Shown here piece after piece: positions 58,891-64,000 of a stretch of DNA of 64,000 nt. This stretch comes from Azolla caroliniana. Its lineage: Eukaryota; Plantae; Polypodiophyta. The stretch spans positions 14,880,001 through 14,944,000 of the forward strand of contig JBHGNT010000017.1 in the NCBI GenBank assembly GCA_043228905.1, in the 5' to 3' direction. The first letter of the stretch is position 1. Each line of letters starts with the position of its first letter. The notes under the pieces are model-generated. The model was not told the origin of the DNA and did no database searches. It worked only from the letters and a program-made list of their open reading frames with translations. The position numbers were made by a program, and so were the translations under genes.

Positions 58891-60852
58891 ATTCCCTAGA
58901 AGCGTAGCGTTGTGTAGACAGAAGATAACGTGAAAGTGAGGAAGGAATCACTGGGATTTTGGATAGAAGAGACGAAAGAGTAGAAATAGATAAATAGTGA
59001 TCAACAAGATATGACCAGATAGGATATAGAATGACAATTGAAGCAATAAAAGAGATTTATAATTATTTGATGAAAGAGTTACAAAATAGTTGCGAGCGTT
59101 GTTGAATTTGAACTTTGTCTCACAAGGTAGACCACAATCTTTGTTTCTATCGCTCTTCTCTTTCTTGATAGTAGACCACAATCTTCTCTTCTATCTTGCA
59201 ATGAGATAAGACTCGAACCTCCACCCTTTTTTTGTTGAGAGTTGAGCAGCACAACCGCCAACTTAGAGCTTCTCTTGTATATTGACCTTCTTTTCTTCTT
59301 TCTCTATTGTGATATCACTTACAACATAACTCTATTTGATATATATAATATAGTTCTTTTGATATTGATCAATTCCTTGATCCCCCTTGTGACCATGCTC
59401 CCTTCTCCTTTTATAGGGAAGAGATGGTTCTACATGTGGGCCATGTGGTGCACATGTAGAGAGGCTCTTGCATGTGTGCTATATGGTGCACATGTAGAGA
59501 GGCTTTTGCATGTGTGCTATATGGTGCACATGTAGTACATTTCATGGTTTAAACCATACAATAGTACAATACATATGTTTAATACACATCACAAGTATAG
59601 GCTAAATGGTAAGATTGAATGCCATAAGGTTGGGGTTGTTGGTGCAAGTCCTCTTTTGCCAATGTGATATGCTATATGGTGTGATGTAGTATATTACATG
59701 GTTTAGACTATAAAATATTACTTCAAATAAAACAACGCATATGATCTCTTTTAAATTATTAGTATAGGCTAAATGGTAAGGTTTGAGTGTCATAAGGCGG
59801 GGTTTATTGTCTTAAATCCTCTCTCGTCCATGTAATATAACTTACCTCTACATATAATGTATAATATTATCATAGTGTGTGTTGTTAATATTATCTTTAT
59901 GTATAAAATATTATCAAGGTTTATTTTATTTTAGTTACGTATTTATCTTATTGTAGACTTTTAATGTGAAGCTTTCGTACTTCACAACATCCACCCCCTC
60001 TAGACCTGCACATCCTTCGGCATGTGCCACTATCTTTCATCTTTGTGTTGATCTATTGGAGGAGGTTCAAGATTGCCCCTTTTCTTAAAAACTTTTATCC
60101 TCTTTCCAAGTACCACATTCTTTTGGTATCGAATAATCTCGAAGGTCTACCTTGTTCCTCTCATGATTGGGACGAACTGTCATAAACTGTACAGTTCTTC
60201 ATCCATCTTGGCTTCGAATCTTTGGATAGGCAAAACCATTGTCAAGGACTTTGGTCTCCATCTGTACCATTGTGATGTATGGTTGCCCCAAGATTATTGG
60301 ATAGGTAGATCCTTCCTACACATAGAAATGTTGATCTACCTCTATATCACCAATAGTAACCTTTACATTTGGGCATGCACCAAATAAATCTTCGGTGACT
60401 GATGTCGTTGCTTTTACTCGCCAACCATGCTCAGTATAAATTGGCCATCTACCTTTCTTGTAAAAATCAGCACTCATTATATTTATTTCAGAACCATGAT
60501 CAATAAGTGCCATCACCGGGTCGGGAACATCTCCAATCTTCACATGATGCTCAGTAGTGGCTCTGGCCCAACATTTACGAGAGTAATGGCTTCTTACATC
60601 TGTTGAATTTATCATTGAGGTTGATGCATGTTGAGAGTCAACAACAATATTGTTTGACTCATTGCTCACCACTTCATATGCCACCTTCGGATTTGTCTCT
60701 TTAACCTGCTCATTTACTTGCTTCTTTCTTCGCACAATATCAATTATTTCATCATGAAATTCCTTTTTTGCAATACCTAACACTTCTCTTAGTGTAAATT
60801 CTACTCGACTGTCTAGTATTCTTGTTTCTAAAACTTTCTTTAAATCTGTATC
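58891..60852 (-). mobile_element. C-family Gag-PR-only derivative: 3' LTR about 58891-59989, PPT 59990-60001, protease region to the stop at 60085
   Basis: LREVLGIAKKEFHD, ALIDHGSEINIMS and VRPNHERN are homologous to C. GAGGGGGTGGA-TGTTGTGAAG matches C's PPT/LTR junction. Confidence 0.75.
59430..59535. repeat. ~36-bp tandem repeat rich in CACATG/TGCA palindromic motifs, inside LTR U3
   Basis: TGGTGCACATGTAGAGAGGCT.TTGCATGTGTGCTATA repeated. Confidence 0.75.
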
Positions 60853-62474
60853 TGTTAAGTAATTAGGTAATTAACTAGGGTTAATTAGAGACTAATTATA
60901 TGGTTACGTTAAGCAGTGGAAGATTAATATGATATGCGCGTGAGAGTGTGTGAGAGGAAGAGAGAGAGAGAGAGAGGAAGTTACACTTCAACACAAAGAT
61001 AAATGGGGGATGATTGACTATATTGAAAAGTGTCATCAACTACAAAAATACCCACAATGAGGTATATATACAACCCATGTGCAAGGGTGCACATGTGTGG
61101 GTAGAACATAGGTACTTATGTGTAAGTCCTACATTAAATGTACTAAGGAGTGGAGGATCTAGAATATCCTACTTAAGTACAAGGTCCTATTTAAAGGCTT
61201 AAGGTCAACACATTAACTAGATTCGATCTAGGTAACTACTAAGTTACATGTGTTGACTAACTAGATTAAACTAGTTGAGCTTGATATCTCAACACGCCCC
61301 CTCAAGCTCAAGTGTGAGGCGTCCAATGTCCGGTTTAGCTTCCTTTGGCTTCGTCGGCATTGGTGCGGCTTGCGGCTTTCTTCGCGGTGTTGCGCGACTT
61401 TCTTCGCGTCTTCGCGGCTTCGTTGCGCGGCTCTCCGCGGCTTTCTTCGCGTATTTGTGGCTTCGTTGCGCGGTTCTCCGCGGCTTTGTTCTCCCCCTCA
61501 AGCCTGTGACGAAGGCTTGGATCCTCGGGCTCTTGTTCGGCCACTACCTCCATCGCGAGGGCATAGTGATGGGCCATATACTTGTTGTAGGCGTAACGAG
61601 TGACTTGGGTCTTCGCTCGTGATGAGCGGCGTAGTTTCTCGTTTGTCGATGTGAGCGCCTTCTTTACTCCGGGTGTCCTCATGATGGGTACACCGAACTC
61701 ACTGTCTAGTGAGTGAGCCGAATCATCCGAATCACGGTCGTCGGGGTGGACCTCGACTTTGTATTCGGGCATCTTACCTTTGCCTTTCCGATATCGGACT
61801 TGGCCGCGACGTGTTTTCATCGCGTGGAGGCTCTTGTGGGCCAATTAGCTCGGTAGAGCTTGGATTGTCCTTCGGTGGAGGACTTGGCCGAGTTTCGTCG
61901 TCCGAGTTGGCGTTCAACTCTTCCTCGATCGGGTCGGATGGAGTCGCATCGGGCTTATACCAAGATGCCGATTCGTCTAAAATGACGTCGCGACTTATCC
62001 GCACCGCTCGGGTCGAAGGGTTGAAGCACTTGTACGCCTTTTTCGTGGACAAGTATCCTATGAGGATACATTCTTCCGACTTCGCGTCGGGCTTCTCTCG
62101 ACTTTCGTTCGGGATGCGTACATTCGCAATACTTCCGAACACCTTGAGGTGCGAGAGGATGGGCTTTCTTCCAACGAAGATCTCGTATGGAGTAAGCTCG
62201 TGCATGCTATTTGTGCTGCATCGATTCATGAGATAGACGGCCGTGGATGCCGCTTCTACCCAATAGAAGTTCGGCATGTGCTTCTCACGCATCATGGCGC
62301 GTGCTACCTCGAGTATTTGCCGATTCTTTCTCTCGGCTACTCCGTTTTGTTGGGGAGCGTGTCGGCATGAGAATTCTCTACGAATGCCTTCACCTTGGAG
62401 GTAGGAGGTGAACTCGTCGGAGAAGTACTCCTTTCCTCCGTCCGATCGTAGGCATCGAATGTGCCGACCGGTTT
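60853..62474 (-). mobile_element. K-family copia, 3' part: LTR 60853-61294 and integrase; RT/RNase H deleted
   Basis: LRSDGGKEY and PQQNGVAERKNR. The EQEPE motif runs straight into the 3' region. Confidence 0.85.
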
Positions 62475-64000
62475 TGTAAAAGAAACGTGCGGAAGCAAGT
62501 ATGAAGACCGAACAGAAGAGAGGAAACTCAGGTTTAATGGAGAGCTTGGGCTTACGCAATATACGCGGGAGAGACAGAGAGAGAAACACAAAAAACTATA
62601 TTCAACAATAATACTCAATCTGTACATAAGACGTGCTCAGTGAACACTTTTATACAAGCCCTAGAAGGACTGACCGAAGTACTGACAGTACTTCAATGCT
62701 CATCAAGAGCTCCTACACTAACTCCCAAATATATTCCTCACGGAATATCTTTCCTAACGACCTCCCGGTTTACGCACTCGGCCTAACCGATCGGTCCCAA
62801 CCGATCTGATCCTCGGCTTCTTCAGCCAATCTGGCCGATGTTGAGCTTGTCTCTCAACACTCCCCCTCAAGCTCAACTTGAGGCTCTTCGGGATCTTCAC
62901 AACACCGGTTCCTCCTGGCTTCTCGCCTCGCTCGCGCTCCTCGACCTGTTCGACTCCGCGCGCTTCGACCCTTCCGGTCGGCTTGTCTGCTCATGCAGCC
63001 CTTATCAGCTCTTCTACTGTTGCGGTGTTGATGCTTCTCCTGCTGCCTTTTCTTCCGCTTGGGCCTCGGTTGATTCAGCGTATCTGAATCACACATCCGA
63101 ACCGACTCGGCTATCTCCGATCGGTTTTCGCTCTCGTCCGAGTGGGCTGTCTCCAACTCGTCTTCGGTCTTCTCGCCCTCGATGGCGTCATCTCCCTTAT
63201 GCGAGGTTGGCTTCGGCTCTTTCCTTCGGCTGCTCCCCTTCTGTCCGCTTTCAGACTTTTCCGTGGGTCCGCCCTCAGCTTCTTCAGCCGATCCGGAGTC
63301 GAACTCGACAACCGAGTCGGTGTCGCGGTGTCCACTCCTTTCCTGCTGCCTTGCTTGGTTGTTCGGGACTGTTCTCCCCCTCAAGCTCGGCACATTGAGG
63401 TGACGCAATCCGAGCGCACCTGAGAATTGCCGCAACTTGTCCAGACCAAGAGGCTTTGTGAAGATGTCGACAGTCTGCTGATCCGTCGGAATGTACTGAA
63501 GTTCGACTTCACCGGAAAGGACACGCTCACGGACGAAATGATAGTGCACCTCAATGTGCTTGGACCGTGCGTGAAAAACAGGGTTCTTCGCAAGCTGGAT
63601 GCTGCTGAGGTTGTCGCAGTAGATCGTCGTCGGATCTGACACCTCCTCTTGTAGGTCCTTAACTAGCCGCTTCAACCATACGGCTTCGCATGTCGCGATA
63701 GCCGCTCCTCGGTACTCAGCTTCGGTGCTCGACAGTGCAACTGTCCGCTGCTTCTTACTGCTCCACGCGATCGCGGCACTCCCGAGGGAGAACGCGTATC
63801 CAGACGTGGATCGGCGATCGGCGGCGTTGCCAGCCCAATCAGCATCGGTGTAGCCGACTAACTGCGTGGCTGCACCGGTCCGATATAGCAGTCCGCGGTC
63901 CTTAGTGCCGGTTACGTACCGAAGTACGTGTTGCACACACTGAAGGTGCTCCTCGGTAGGTCGCACCATGAACTGACTAATCACTCCGACCGGATAACTG
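62475..64000 (-). mobile_element. Copia P (A-type lineage): 3' LTR 62475-62859; continues past the window
   Basis: LTR homology to A and Q, PPT, and an open RNase H frame. Confidence 0.9.
62854..63984 (-). CDS. RT end and RNase H with a ~170-aa charged C-terminal extension
   Basis: YTDADW, ALSSTEAEY and KHIEVHYH. The frame stays open past PSLRG into the first bases of the LTR. Confidence 0.8.
   Translation of the reverse strand: MISQFMVRPTEEHLQCVQHVLRYVTGTKDRGLLYRTGAATQLVGYTDADWAGNAADRRSTSGYAFSLGSAAIAWSSKKQRTVALSSTEAEYRGAAIATCEAVWLKRLVKDLQEEVSDPTTIYCDNLSSIQLAKNPVFHARSKHIEVHYHFVRERVLSGEVELQYIPTDQQTVDIFTKPLGLDKLRQFSGALGLRHLNVPSLRGRTVPNNQARQQERSGHRDTDSVVEFDSGSAEEAEGGPTEKSESGQKGSSRRKEPKPTSHKGDDAIEGEKTEDELETAHSDESENRSEIAESVRMCDSDTLNQPRPKRKKRQQEKHQHRNSRRADKGCMSRQADRKGRSARSRTGRGARARREARRNRCCEDPEEPQVELEGEC

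Overview
Land-plant genomic DNA, probably a bryophyte or lycophyte-type lineage judging from the transposon families. One host gene lies at the left edge: an MBS1-like C2H2 zinc-finger gene at 540-857. From about 3.5 kb to the end, the window is a deeply nested transposon cluster. It contains Tnt1/Tork-like copia elements (one intact and young, 6106-11447) and a second copia lineage with a duplicated PPT and a C-terminal extension on RNase H. It also holds a degenerate hAT transposon, a Tcn1-like chromovirus, a tRNA-Trp-primed gypsy family with a 4-bp TSD and a fungal-like RT, and two related non-chromovirus gypsies. The strongest candidate for an undescribed system is the young gypsy at 39174-47225. 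It has no capsid gag, an intact pol and an extra 889-aa PMD-like coiled-coil ORF. Where the polypurine tract should be, it carries a sense copy of a tRNA-Arg 3' end ending in CCA, so there is a primer-binding site at both ends, which suggests tRNA priming of both strands. Family names and tRNA identities come from motif recognition and memory, not from database searches.
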